Positions 1-12,659 of a stretch of 64,000 nucleotides of DNA are shown here, one piece after another. The number at the start of each line of letters is the position of its first letter. Positions within the stretch are counted from its first letter, which is position 1. Where the stretch lies: contig NC_068993.1 of NCBI RefSeq assembly GCF_001194135.2, forward strand, positions 32,952,453-33,016,452, read 5' to 3'. This DNA is from Octopus bimaculoides (lineage: Eukaryota). The notes below the pieces were generated by a model. It did not search any database, had not been told where the DNA came from, and saw nothing but the letters and a program-made list of their open reading frames with translations. A program made the translations under genes and the position numbers.

Positions 1-1790
1 ATGTATAGGGTTGGTGGGGTTGGAATGTGTAGAGGTGGGGCAACGAGGGGGGTGACCATGAAGGGAGAGGGTGCAAGGGAGAAGGTGGGTAGGAGTGAAG
101 AGAGGAAGTAGGTGCTAGAGCAAGAGAGGAGAGATGGGTGGGAGGAAGTAAGTGTGAGAAGAAGAGAGGAGAGAGGAAGAGGGTTAGAGGAAGAGGGGAG
201 GAGACTTGAGCCCATGTAGCACAAAAGAGCGAAGAGAGAAGATTAATCCCTGCTCATGGTGAAAATGAGAGTCCGGATGGCCCCTGTGCAAGGACAATCC
301 GAACACAGACAGGTGTTGTAAAGAGTGACTGGTAGAGTGGAAATGGCATGAGACTGGGGTGTTGTTGCCAAGTCGGATGTCTCAGAGGTGTTCCATGAAC
401 CGGTCAGCCAAGCGTTTGACCGATGTATAGAGAAGGACAGAGAGAGCAGGAGATGCAGTATATGACATTGCTAGAAGTGCAGGTGAAGGAGTCAGTGATA
501 TTATGATGTCCATGCAGCGTCAGAGACATTGCAGAGCAAAGAGTTCGGCTGGGGAGATGTTCAGATGTTGGGGATGCTTGGAAAAGTTAAACCGGTCCAC
601 AGCATACTGGCAGATACCCACAAAAAGATAGACTGCTTGGAACTGGCCAGGAGCTGGCGTCTGCTGGGATGGTCAGTGACCCAAGTCGGTGAAGCAGTCC
701 TCCTCATTAGATGTAGGTGGACTGTCGTGGAAAAGTGCACACAACCTAACACGACACACAAAGCTGTCCAAAATTCGTTGCTGGATGGAGTGAGGGGGAT
801 GAAGTGCAGACCCCTATTGAGGAGGAAGTGCTCTGCCTCAGAGAGGAGAAGATCTGGAGGAATGGTAACAACAGACTGAAGTGGAGAAGGGTGGATGGGA
901 TAGAAGTAGGAAGAGGGATGGGACAGATGTAGGGGTGTGGTGGGGTGGAAGGTGGGGNNNNNNNNNNNNNNNNNNNNNNNNNNNNNNNNNNNNNNNNNNN
1001 NNNNNNNNNNNNNNNNNNNNNNNNNNNNNNNNNNNNNNNNNNNNNNNNNNNNNNNNNNNNNNNNNNNNNNNNNNNNNNNNNNNNNNNNNNNNNNNNNNNN
1101 NNNNNNNNNNNNNNNNNNNNNNNNNNNNNNNNNNNNNNNNNNNNNNNNNNNNNNNNNNNNNNNNNNNNNNNNNNNNNNNNNNNNNNNNNNNNNNNNNNNN
1201 NNNNNNNNNNNNNNNGTAGGGGAGGTGGGAGAAAGAGGGGTAAGGGAGGAGTTTGAGTAGTGACATCAGGGGTGATGGAATGCGGGAGTGAGTGAAGTTT
1301 ATGTTGTTTGGTGTGAGCAAGAAATTGATGAAAGAGATGATTTAAATGAATTATGTAACATAAAGTATTATTAGCATGGGAGGGCAACTGAGAGGAGAAG
1401 ATGGAAAATGCCAGAGGGAGAAGACGGTCGATGGTGTGTATTTTGGAGAGATTAGAATGAATGGTGGTACGCATAAGGCAGTAGGATGTAGTACGGAGTA
1501 TGAGTAGGATGGTTGAAGTAGAGTGGAGAGTTGGGTGGAAATGGAGGCGGAAACCTTTAGTTATGAGGCGGTAATGAAGGCAGCGACTGAGAAAGGAAAG
1601 GTGGCTACAGAAGCGTGTTTTTTTTGAAAATTAGTAAGGAAGGATTAATAGAACGTTGAAAGCAGCAGAAAGGAAGTGTGGAAAGATGTTATTTAGGTGG
1701 TGAAGGTGGAGGAGGAAAGGTTTGTAATCAGGAATGATTGAAAAATGAGAAGAAAAGAGAGAGAAAGGAGAAAAAAGGAAAACAGAGGGG
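1..1790 (-). mobile_element. Decayed Penelope-like retroelement (N-terminal ORF region + GIY-YIG endonuclease)
   Basis: Minus strand reads HLSFLSRCL..LITKGFRL (~1560-1620), LSEAEHFLLNRGLHFIP (~800-850) and SFTCTSSNVIYCISC..C.SLYIGQT..RLADRFMEH (~390-490). Has stops and an N gap. Confidence 0.8.
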
Positions 1791-1803
1791 GGAGAGAGAA
1801 ATG

Positions 1804-1858
<55 letters not shown>

Positions 1859-1860
1859 AT

Positions 1861-3345
1861 CACCTTGGTCACCTTGACCGACCAGTCCGTCGGGCGTCCA
1901 TTTGACACCACTGGTCACAGCACATTGTCCACTCCTCTCTGGATTGTGCCTTCCTCATCTATGTGGTCCCAATTGCCCTCCTAAAATCGTAACTCCACCA
2001 TCATGGAGGCCTTCTGAGTGGTCATTTCTGCTCGTGTGGGTACCACTCGACAACTGTGCGGGTCCACCAATTATAGGTGAACTGGCCGACGTGTCCAGCC
2101 CATCTAAACTTGCTGCATATATATTCTACGATGACATCCCTCACACTGGACTTCTGTCTGATGATATCACTACTGATGTGCTCTCTCAATGAGATTCCAA
2201 ACATTGACCTCTCCATGGCTCTCTGAGCCGTTACCAATCTCTGCTCTTCTCTCTTTGTTGTAGCCCATGTTTCACTATCATATAACATTGCAGGTAGAAC
2301 TGTGCTATTTATGAAGTTGGCGTGGGTGATCCTGTCTAACCTTCCCTTGAGCACATCCCTTATGCCATTAAATACCTTCCATCCAGCCCTTATACTCCGT
2401 AAGATCTCCTTTTCAATGTCTCGGCACATATTCACTTCCTGTCCCAGGTAGACATATTCCTTTACCACCTCTATTTCATCACTGCCAATCACCGTTCAAC
2501 CTGTTGGTACATTGTCGGACCGCATGAACTTAGTTTTCATGCAGTTCATCTTGAGACCTACTGCAGAGCTTTTGATGTTGAGCTCCATCAGCATAGTCTG
2601 AAGCTGATCCTTGGTTTCAATGATGATTACACCATTGATGTTGACACCACCTTGCCATTCAATGCCTCTGATGATCTGCTCAAGACATGCAGTGAAAAGT
2701 TTTGGAGAGATTGCATCTCCTTGCTTCACTCCCTTCTCGACCAGCATTCGTACAGATAATGACAGCAGAGCTATGTCAATGGTGCATCCAGAATTTACCT
2801 CCTTGAGCAGTTGCACATACTGCGCCTTGACTCCTTGCCTCTGCAGCGAGTTTAGCACTGCGTTGGTTCCGACGCTGTCGAAGGCCTTCTCATAGTCTAT
2901 AAACACAACGCAAAGAGGCAGCTTGTGCTTATTCACTTGCTCAAGCAGTTGTGTTAGAGTAAATATATGGTCCATCATGCTGTTGTTCTCCTGGAAGCCG
3001 GCTTGCTCCCTCGGTTGTTGTTCATTGAGATAACATGACAACCTGTTCAGAATTATCTTTGCGAACAGCTCGTACACGTGAGACAGGTCACTCTAGAGTG
3101 CTACCAGTAACATGTAATCCTGTTGCATGGTCAGGTCGTTGACGACTAAACTGACAACCCCACCAGGCTCGCTTGGTGAGGAGGGTGTTGTTGGACACCC
3201 TGTGGGATGAAAAATAAGACCCATCAAAGGGAGGATGAACTCCTGAACAGTCAACAGCCATCCAACAAAATGTTGGCCTGCCCTCCCGCCCAGCCAGTGG
3301 GATGGCGTTATATCATGGCTAAAACAGCATGAAGCACGAAGAGAA
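1861..3345 (-). mobile_element. Decayed RTE-clade non-LTR retrotransposon
   Basis: QPREQAGF, DYEKAFDSV, GVKQGDAISPKLF and RWAGHV motifs; frameshifted; short CAAGGTGA tail repeat at ~1861-1877. Confidence 0.9.
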
Positions 3346-4103
3346 AANNNNNNNNNNNNNNNNNNNNNNNNNNNNNNNNNNNNNNNNNNNNNNNTATATA
3401 TATATACGTATATGTATATGTATATATGTAACGTTATAGTATTATGATATATGTCGGAGTCGATAGTTACCAATTGCAATGGGTGTTGATGTTGATTCCA
3501 ATTTTTTATTTACCGTTAATTAATATAATGTCATGCTTTGACGGGCAGGTGTATGTATTAATATAAGTGGAAAAGTATGTGAGGTAAAGAAAGTTAATTT
3601 TGGCCTGTATGTGTGTACACAATCTCATAGTAGTATACATGGAGAGAGATATGGTAAGGTTCCAGAAAAAAGAAATTGACCAAATGAAAATGAGAGTGTG
3701 GGACGAGACAACTTCTACATCGATTAATTCCATAGTTGTCACTCTGTGATGTTACTTCAGTCTACTGAGTCAGTCAGCCTCCTCTCTGTCAGTTGTTCTC
3801 ACTAACTAACTTTTCCCTGAAGGCTGCTAGAGTTTATAAGAATGTAAGAAGCAACCAAAACAATGGATATTTTGTGGGGTCCATTGTTATCTCAGTTCAC
3901 TTCTCTATCGTACACAAGAGGTTAGAAGGGTCAAGTGGCAAAGACATAAGTTGGCTAGGTGAAGCCATCTGGTAAATGTATCTGCTGTCACTATTGTTTT
4001 CTCCAAGAGAAAAGTGCTGTTAAAATGTTAAAGGAAATTGGCAGATTCAGGTTCGAATCTACTCTATGCCTAAATGAAGTCACTACATATATATATATAT
4101 ATA

Positions 4104-4415
4104 CTATAGCCTCAGGCTATAGTATATATATATAAAGCCTTGTGAGTGGATTTGGTAGATGGAAACTGAAAGAAGACTGTCGTATATGTGTATATTTGTG
4201 TATGTGTGTGTGTATCTGTGTTTATACCCCCACCATTGCTTGACAACCGATATTGGTGTATTTACGTCCCTTGTAACTTAGCAGCTTGGCAAAAAACTCC
4301 GATAGAATAAGTAGTAAGCTTATAAAGAATAAATCCTGGGGTCGATTTGTTCAACTAAAGGTAGTGCTCCATCATAGCTGTAGTCACATGACTGAAACAA
4401 GCAAAAGAATAAAAA
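4104..4415 (+). mobile_element. 5'-truncated SINE, family A
   Basis: Clearly similar to the full copies at 61570 and 62757 (aagccttgtgagtggatttggtaga...gactgaaacaag). Confidence 0.85.
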
Positions 4416-4432
4416 AACTATGCCATTTTAAT

Positions 4433-4700
4433 CCCAAGCAATGCTGAGTATTTCTGCTAGTCTATATATATCAAACTGAGAATGTGTATCTGTCTGTCTG
4501 CATGTGTGAATCCCTAAAACTCAAGTACCCAAATGATTTCATTGAAATTTTACACATGCATTACTTAGGGTTTATGGAGTGTCATGGGCCAAAAAAATTT
4601 TCAACTTCTTGCCTAATGCAGGCCCGGAGCAATCTTTTACACTGGTTCGATATTACGTGTCAAAAGCGAAACAATAACATCTATATTGGTAATGTGATAT
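4433..4700 (+). mobile_element. Helitron-like non-autonomous ends: 3' end (..CTAG at 4457-4460) abutting a 5' end (TCTATATATAT..)
   Basis: cccaagcaatgctgagtatttctgCTAG|TCtatatatatc...tgtctgtctg; a similar 5' end at 4901. Right boundary approximate. Confidence 0.55.
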
Positions 4701-5284
4701 AATAATTTCTCTTTTATTCTTTCACTTTTAATTCTAATGTGATGAGACTATGATATTGTTTCACTTTTATTCTTCCACTTCTAATTTTAATATAATAACG
4801 CTAAGATCATCTTATTTTACACATTTACCATTCAATTACCAGTTAATAATCATTGCAGCAATTGCAAGGTTGTAAGGTATTTACAGTTACATGTGCTTAA
4901 TCTATATATATAAAATTCTTTGTCTCTCTGTCTGTCTGTTCCCAATGCGTTCTCAAATGGCTCTACCAAATTATATCAAATACAAGGTAATAGTATCTCA
5001 CCTCATGAGTGTCAACATGTAATTTTTATTTCCATTTCCATTAAAACAATATAACATTTTATAGAGATAATCTTTCTATACAGGACATTTTATACCACAA
5101 TGAGGATGATGACAACGTCACATTTTGTATATGAGTGTGTATGTGTCTGTCAGTGTATGTGTGTGAGTGTATGAGTGTGCATGTGTCTGTCAGTGTGTGT
5201 GTGTGTTTCCGCATTCGATGACATCACATTTTGTATATGAGTGTTTGTGTGTGTGTGTGTGTGTGTGTTGTGTGTGTATGTGTG

Positions 5285-7245
5285 TGTAGAACTGTGGTTT
5301 ATAGACCTGTGATATAGAATTGTGATGTATAGAACTGTGAAGCATAGAACTGTGAAGTATACAATGGTAATGTATAGAACTGATGTATGGAACTGTGATG
5401 TATTGCTCTGTGATGTATAGAATTGATATAAAACTGTGATGTATAGAACTATGATATATAGAAATGTGATGTATAGAATTTTGATATACAGAATCGTGAT
5501 GTATAAAACAATGGTAGAGCTATAAAACTGTAGTGTATAGAATTGTAATAGAATTGATACGTAGAATACCAACATAAAAAACTGATGTATAGAACTAATG
5601 AACAGAACTGTGATGTATAGAACTCTAATGTATAGCATTGTGATGCATAGTACCTGTGGCCTATGCCAGTGGTGTAATCAGCCCACTTAGGTGTACCTTT
5701 CTTTCATTGGACACTAAACTCTGCTTGTGAAGACCTGTTCAGGCAAGTGAAATCGCAATCGAAATCAAATTCAATGACAGCACCGCATGACTGGCATCCG
5801 TGCTAGTGGAGTTCTAAGAGCACCATCCGAGTGTGATCATCACCAGGGCTGCTGACTGGCTCCTGTGCCAGTGGCACATAAAAAGCACCGCCTTACTGGC
5901 ACTTGTGCCAGTGGTACATGGAAAACAACAATCGAGCAAGGGCATTGCCAGTGCCGCTCGACTGGCTCCTGTGCAAGTGACACATAAAAAGAAGTGTGGC
6001 CGTTGCCAGTACTGCCTGACTGGCCTGCATGCCAGTGGCACGTAAAAGTACCCACTACACTCTTGGAGTGGTTGGCCTTAGGAAGGCATCCAGCTGTAGA
6101 AACTCTGCCAGATCAGATTGGAGCCTGGTGCAGCCATCTGGCTCACCAGTCCCCAGTCAAACCGTCCAACCCATACCAGCATGGAAAGTGGATGTTAAAC
6201 GATGTTGATGATGATGATGATGAGAACTATAAGAACTATATGATATATATAAAACTGTGGTATAAAGAACTGATGTATGACACTGATGTGCAAAACTGTG
6301 ATAAATAGAACTCTGATATACAGAACAGAGAAATGTAGAACTGTAAAGTCTATAACTATGCTGTATAGAACTGTAATGTATGGAACTATGTTATATACAG
6401 CTGTGATGTATAGAACTGCGATATATAGTCACATGTTATATAGAAATGTAATGTACAGAACTTTGATATATAGAATTGTGGTTTATAGAACTGTGATAGA
6501 ACCATGATAGAACATAGAAACATGATATTCAGAACTAATGTATAAAACTCTGATATACAGAAATGAAGAATAGAACTGTGATGTATAGAACTGATATATA
6601 GGGCTCTGATGTATAGAATTGTGATGCATAGAGTCACTATGTATAGGAGTATAATATATTTAACTATTATGTATAGAATGAAATGTATAGAAACATGCTA
6701 TATATAACTGTGATTTACTGAACTGTGATGCAAAAAATTGTGATGTAGAGATAGTAATGCATAAAATTGTAATGTATGGAACTGTGATGTATGAAACTGA
6801 TAAACAGAACTGTGATGCAAAGAAATGTGATGAATAGAGCTGTGATATATAGAAATGTGATATATAGAACTATGATTTTTAGAACTGTCATGTATGGAAC
6901 TGTGATATGTAGAACTATGATTTATAGAACTGCCATGTATGGAACTGTGAGATGTAAAACTAGGATTTATACAACTGTAATGTATAGAACTGTAATGTAT
7001 AGAATTATGATATATAGAAGTGAGATGTATAATTGTGGTAAGTAGAATCATGATTTATAGAATTGATTTATAGTACTGTGGTATATAGCACTGTGACATA
7101 TAGGAATGTGGTGTATAAAAGTGAAGCTTACAATTGTCGTGTATAGAGCTGTGATGTATAGAAGAATGATGTATAGAACTGGAATGTATAAAACTGAGAA
7201 GTATAGATCTATGATGTACAGAATTGTTTGTACAAAACTGATTAA
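5285..7245. repeat. Degenerate 15-bp minisatellite (TATAGAACTGTGATG)n interrupted by a retroelement 3' fragment
   Basis: Dozens of visible units; explains the YRTVM-like and SSIHH-like ORFs. Confidence 0.92.
5660..6225 (+). mobile_element. Family B: RTE 3'-UTR/SINE-like fragment with internal tandem units and (GAT)n tail
   Basis: Homologous to the reverse complement of 59205-59700; tail ttaaacgatgttgatgatgatgat. Confidence 0.8.
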
Positions 7246-7384
7246 AACAGAAAAGCAATGGGAGGAAACTTGACAGGGAAAACGAAAGACAGATTTGTTG
7301 AATATGACAGCCAATAAAATTAAAGTAATTAGTTTAGCTTTGTTGAAGTTGTCATTCAAAAGATATCTGATAGTAAAAATAACA

Positions 7385-7593
7385 GGCTGCACCAGACTCC
7401 AATCTGATCTGACAAAGTTTCTACAGCTGGATACCCTTCCTATCGCCAACCACTCCAAGAGTGTAGTGGGTGCTTTTTATGTTCCACCAGCACGAGGGCC
7501 AATCAAGTGGTACTGGCATCGACCACACTCAAATGGTGCCACCAGCACAGGAGCCAGTCAGGTGGCACTGGCAATGACCACACTTGAATGGTG

Positions 7594-7595
<2 letters not shown>
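7385..7595 (-). mobile_element. Family B fragment
   Basis: Reverse complement contains aaaaagcacccactacactcttggagtggttggcg...tatccagctgtagaaac. Confidence 0.8.
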
Positions 7596-7644
<49 letters not shown>

Positions 7645-9173
7645 TGTCAATAAAACACATATCAAAAAGGAAGTACACTCTAAAGAATAGAGCAGAAGTA
7701 TTTATTAAAACAAAAAGTTAAATTCTGGTCATAGAGTTACCAATGGTCTTGTATCCATGAAAGCCACAGCCTTGTGGACAGCTTGTCAGACTCTATATAA
7801 AGACAAAGTCTTTCTACCATGCGGATGTGAGGAAACGCTAGGATAACGAGATTTAAGGGCTAGCGTATAAAAACGTTAATGAGGATGGTTTATCTCCCTT
7901 GTACCACAATATAAGAAACCTTTACATACTTATGATATATATATTCTTTTATTCTTTTACTTGTTTCACTTATTTGACTGTGGCCATGCTGGAGCACCGC
8001 CTTTGTTGTCAGTGAATCATATATATGAAACAGAAGCTCATTCTAAAGGTTAGAGCAGTAATGTATTTACATGAATTAGATATATGTCTGGTCACAGAAT
8101 GAGCAATGGTTTCACATCCATGAAGCGCTTAGCTTTATAGATGACTCATCAGAATCCAAATACTGAGGGCATATAGCCTGTCTTCAAACTGGAGATAGAA
8201 AACTCATAACACTCCATACTATCTGAGAGCTGGTGGCTTTCATGATTATGTAGATGTGTGAAATGGTGGTACAGCTATCAAACACAAACCACATGGTGGC
8301 TTTTGTAAGATACTCTGTGTCTAGGTTGTGAATGGATTGTCAGTGGATCATACACCTGAAAAAAGAAGCACACTCTAAAAGTTAGAGGAGTAATACTTCC
8401 AGTTTGAAGAAAGGCTATATGCCTGCTGCCACTGGAGTCTGACAAGTCATCTATAAAGCTAAGCACTATATATATGTGAAACCATTGATCATTCTATGAC
8501 GACATATATTTTACTTCATGTAAATATATAAATATATATATCTTAATATATAAAGCTGAAGTTGTGTGTCCGTGTGAAGCCTTTTTAAAAGTGTATAGAA
8601 ATCCACATTTTCCACTTTTTCGTAAAATTTTTTACATCAATGGACTTTTCTCAATGTGAACTTTCCAGTGCAGAAATTAGATTTTTAAAATTCCGTTTAC
8701 TTTGTGTGATTTAAGGGAGATTTAGTTGTTGTTTCTAGCAACTTTTATATTTCTTCCCTTCTACCTGTAACGGCGTTCTTATACACATATATATTACACG
8801 CTCAACATAAAATATAGAGAGTAAGAGTGAGAGAGGGAGAGAGAAAGTGATACATACAAAGTCTTTCTTCTTCCTCTCTCCCATTTAATAGTTTTCTTGT
8901 ATCCCTCTACCTCTAACATATTTTTCATAACATAGAAACGTAAAAACACACACAACCACACATACGTGATCTGTGACAACAACAGACACATACACACATC
9001 AACATTATAATTGTCTTCCGTTCTCCCTTCCTCCCCTTCTCTCTCCCTCTTCCTCTCTTGCTATTCTCTCTCGCTCTCTCAAACGCATACATGTGCAGGT
9101 AGACAATCATTCACTAAAATATAAGTCATGTTCGTCTATGTTTTGTAAATATACCACGATTTTCCCTGGGGTG

Positions 9174-9387
9174 TTAGGGTTAGGGTTTTAGGGTTAGGGT
9201 TTTAGGGTTGGGGTTTTAGGGTTAGGGTTTTAGGGTTAGGGTTAGGGTTTAGGGTTACGGTTAGGATTAGGGTTAGTGTTACGGTTACGATTTTAGGGTC
9301 AGGGTTAGGGTTTTAGGGTTAGGGTTTAGGGCTAGTGTTAGGGTTATTGTTAGGGTTAGGTTTAGGGCTTTAGGGTTAGGCTTGGGT
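9174..9387 (+). repeat. Interstitial degenerate telomere-like (TTAGGG)n array
   Basis: TTAGGG units mixed with TTTTAGGG, TTACGG and TTAGTG variants. Confidence 0.92.
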
Positions 9388-9660
9388 AATCATGCGGGTG
9401 TTAATCTGAAAAATTACAGAAATGTGAAAAGTACCGACCCTGCCATCTATTATAACTTTTGTTGTTCTGTTTAATATATACATAGATTATGCCTCCAAAG
9501 AAGAGAGTTTGCTGGAGAAAGAAAGCAACTGGTTTAAAATGACAGCAACAGACTGCAGCAATTCACCATATTCCAGTAGCTACTTTGAACATAATGCAAA
9601 ATGGTGCATCAACATCTTCTGCCCAATCTGATAGAATTCTGGAAAAACTGTGTAGCAACA

Positions 9661-10567
9661 NNNNNNNNNNNNNNNNNNNNNNNNNNNNNNNNNNNNNNNN
9701 NNNNNNNNNNNNNNNNNNNNNNNNNNNNNNNNNNNNNNNNNNNNNNNNNNNNNNNNNNNNNNNNNNNNNNNNNNNNNNNNNNNNNNNNNNNNNNNNNNNN
9801 NNNNNNNNNNNNNNNNNNNNNNNNNNNNNNNNNNNNNNNNNNNNNNNNNNNNNNNNNNNNNNNNNNNNNNNNNNNNNNNNNNNNNNNNNNNNNNNNNNNN
9901 NNNNNNNNNNNNNNNNNNNNNNNNNNNNNNNNNNNNNNNNNNNNNNNNNNNNNNNNNNNNNNNNNNNNNNNNNNNNNNNNNNNNNNNNNNNNNNNNNNNN
10001 NNNNNNNNNNNNNNNNNNNNNNNNNNNNNNNNNNNNNNNNNNNNNNNNNNNNNNNNNNNNNNNNNNNNNNNNNNNNNNNNNNNNNNNNNNNNNNNNNNNN
10101 NNNNNNNNNNNNNNNNNNNNNNNNNNNNNNNNNNNNNNNNNNNNNNNNNNNNNNNNNNNNNNNNNNNNNNNNNNNNNNNNNNNNNNNNNNNNNNNNNNNN
10201 NNNNNNNNNNNNNNNNNNNNNNNNNNNNNNNNNNNNNNNNNNNNNNNNNNNNNNNNNNNNNNNNNNNNNNNNNNNNNNNNNNNNNNNNNNNNNNNNNNNN
10301 NNNNNNNNNNNNNNNNNNNNNNNNNNNNNNNNNNNNNNNNNNNNNNNNNNNNNNNNNNNNNNNNNNNNNNNNNNNNNNNNNNNNNNNNNNNNNNNNNNNN
10401 NNNNNNNNNNNNNNNNNNNNNNNNNNNNNNNNNNNNNNNNNNNNNNNNNNNNNNNNNNNNNNNNNNNNNNNNNNNNNNNNNNNNNNNNNNNNNNNNNNNN
10501 NNNNNNNNNNNNNNNNNNNNNNNNNNNNNNNNNNNNNNNNNNNNNNNNNNNNNNNNNNNNNNNNNNT
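9661..10567. other. Assembly gap (others at 958-1215, 3348-3394, 13251-13877)
   Basis: N runs. Confidence 1.
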
Positions 10568-11914
10568 ATATATATATATATTGATAGATAGATAGGCAAC
10601 CTGGCATGCACATACACAACCAATTCCACTCATAAGATATTGGCTGGCTTGTGCTTATAGCACAGTAGACTTGCCAAAGGTGTGTGCATAGAAAGAGTGA
10701 ACCCAAACCATGTGATTGTGAAGAAAAGATCAGTTTTTAAGGTGATTTGGTACCTAGGTTAGGTTGTGGAAATGGTCTACTTGGAGCCAGATTATTTGGT
10801 CTTGCTGCATGCTGTTCCCAAAATAAACAATCACAATATTCAGCTTTTTGTAACATGTTTATTTACAGATAGATGTTACAATAGTTACTCTATGTAAGCT
10901 GTTATAGTGAATACCAGTTGCTAGTTTGTGAGAGGAGAAAATGCATTTGTGCTTGGTGAGAAGAGATGTTAACTCTTAGTGCTTAGTGAGAGATGATCTT
11001 TTTACTCAAGATCAGAGTGGCATTGAGACCAACAGACCCAGAAAACCTCTATGAGTGCTCTCTCTCTCCTCTGCTATATTCTGTGGTTGTGTATCTCATG
11101 CATCTCAATTTATAACCATGATTTGGCACAAAACTGCAAAGAATTTTCCATTGGATCACACCACCATTAAAAATGCATCATAACAGCTATTGACTGAAAT
11201 ATGGGCGAAGATCATTTGGTATTTTGTGGTCTTCATTTGCTATTGGATTGAAAAGGTTCCAGATGCCAAGCACTGTTACAAGGTTTCATGATGGGCAGTG
11301 CACGAGAAATAAAAATCTCCTTAGACAATATTACAATCTATTATTGGTAGCAACATTTTTGATGATCTGATTCTATGATCTGATACTAATTCCTGTCAGC
11401 AAAGTTACAAAGAATACAACCTGGAAACTCCTGCTGTGTATTTGAACTCACATTTGGAGTTTGTGCTCCAATACCTTATCCACTCAACCATTATGGTTAT
11501 ATGTTTTCAGGAAATTATCAGATTATGAGAATTAACCAACAAGTTTGAATGAAAGAGGCAAAGATGTTTATAAGAAAATATTCCTGGAGATTAGACAAAT
11601 ATTTTGATATAAAACATAGCAAGAAGAGAAACAACAGACAAGAAGTAAGGTTTATGGACTGCTTTTTTCTTATTTTGATGTCATGGTTAGATAAAGGACA
11701 AAGTCCAAATTCTTGTTTTAGGACATCAGTAACTGGTGGGATAAAAGAAAGTTATCTTTCCACCAAACACCAGGCCTAAATGTTTAAAATGGGGTAGGCT
11801 TCATGAAGGTACTCAAGGGTCAGATGGCAATGTTAAACCGAAGTGGTAGGTTAACATTCTTCCCAAACATTGTGTGGTAGACTTGTCAAGCTCTTCATTA
11901 ATATTTGATAAGAA

Positions 11915-12090
11915 TTAAGTGGCAAGCTAGAAGAATTGTTAGCACACTGGGCAAAATGCTTAGTGGCATTTCATCTGTCTTTACACTCTGAGTTCAAATT
12001 CTGTCAGGGTCAATAAAATAAGTAACAGTTGACTTACATCCCACCACCGAAATTTCAGGCCTTGTGCCTATAGTAGAAATGAATATTTGG
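11915..12090 (+). mobile_element. tRNA-derived SINE, family C
   Basis: Similar to 45940-46145 (gcagaattgttag...aaatgcttagtggcatt...ggccttgtg). Confidence 0.65.
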
Positions 12091-12304
12091 TAAGGATAAT
12101 TAATGAGAAACATTTAGAATTGCAAGACAGAATTTGCACAAAAGGATGTGAGTGGACATGTATTGCGCCTCATTTTATTTATTATGCATGTATTTTGGCT
12201 ATTATTGTTGTCTCTCTTGACTCATTGCTGCTTTCCGTTCCTTCTCTTATCCTTTTCTGATGAGTTGTAGTGTACCTAAGTACTGTGTGACATTCATTTT
12301 TTAA

Positions 12305-12535
12305 TTTTCTTTACCCACTATTTTTGGGATGGTTGCAGGGGCAGAATCTTCGGACACCTCTTCCATACAGTCCTATCAGAAGCAACCACCATTACACTTT
12401 CTCATTGGGTTCCCAAGCATGACCAACTGAGACTATGGGTATTATTCAACCATCTTGTTCTTGGTTTATCATTAGGTCTCCTGCTAGTTGCCTTGACTTG
12501 AAGAATCTGTCTTGTAATTTTTTTCCTGTGACATT
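12305..12535 (-). mobile_element. 3' fragment of a non-LTR retrotransposon (RTE/L2-like)
   Basis: Minus strand reads RQILQVK..RR..DKPRTRW...ASDRTVWK. Confidence 0.55.
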
Positions 12536-12659
12536 CTAACTACAGTTAAAGTTAATCAAAATTAAATGCAAAAATGTAGTTAACAGCTGTGAGAATTTCT
12601 TCGAGTGATACTTTAATAATAATGATGATGATGATAATAATAACACACACACACACAAA

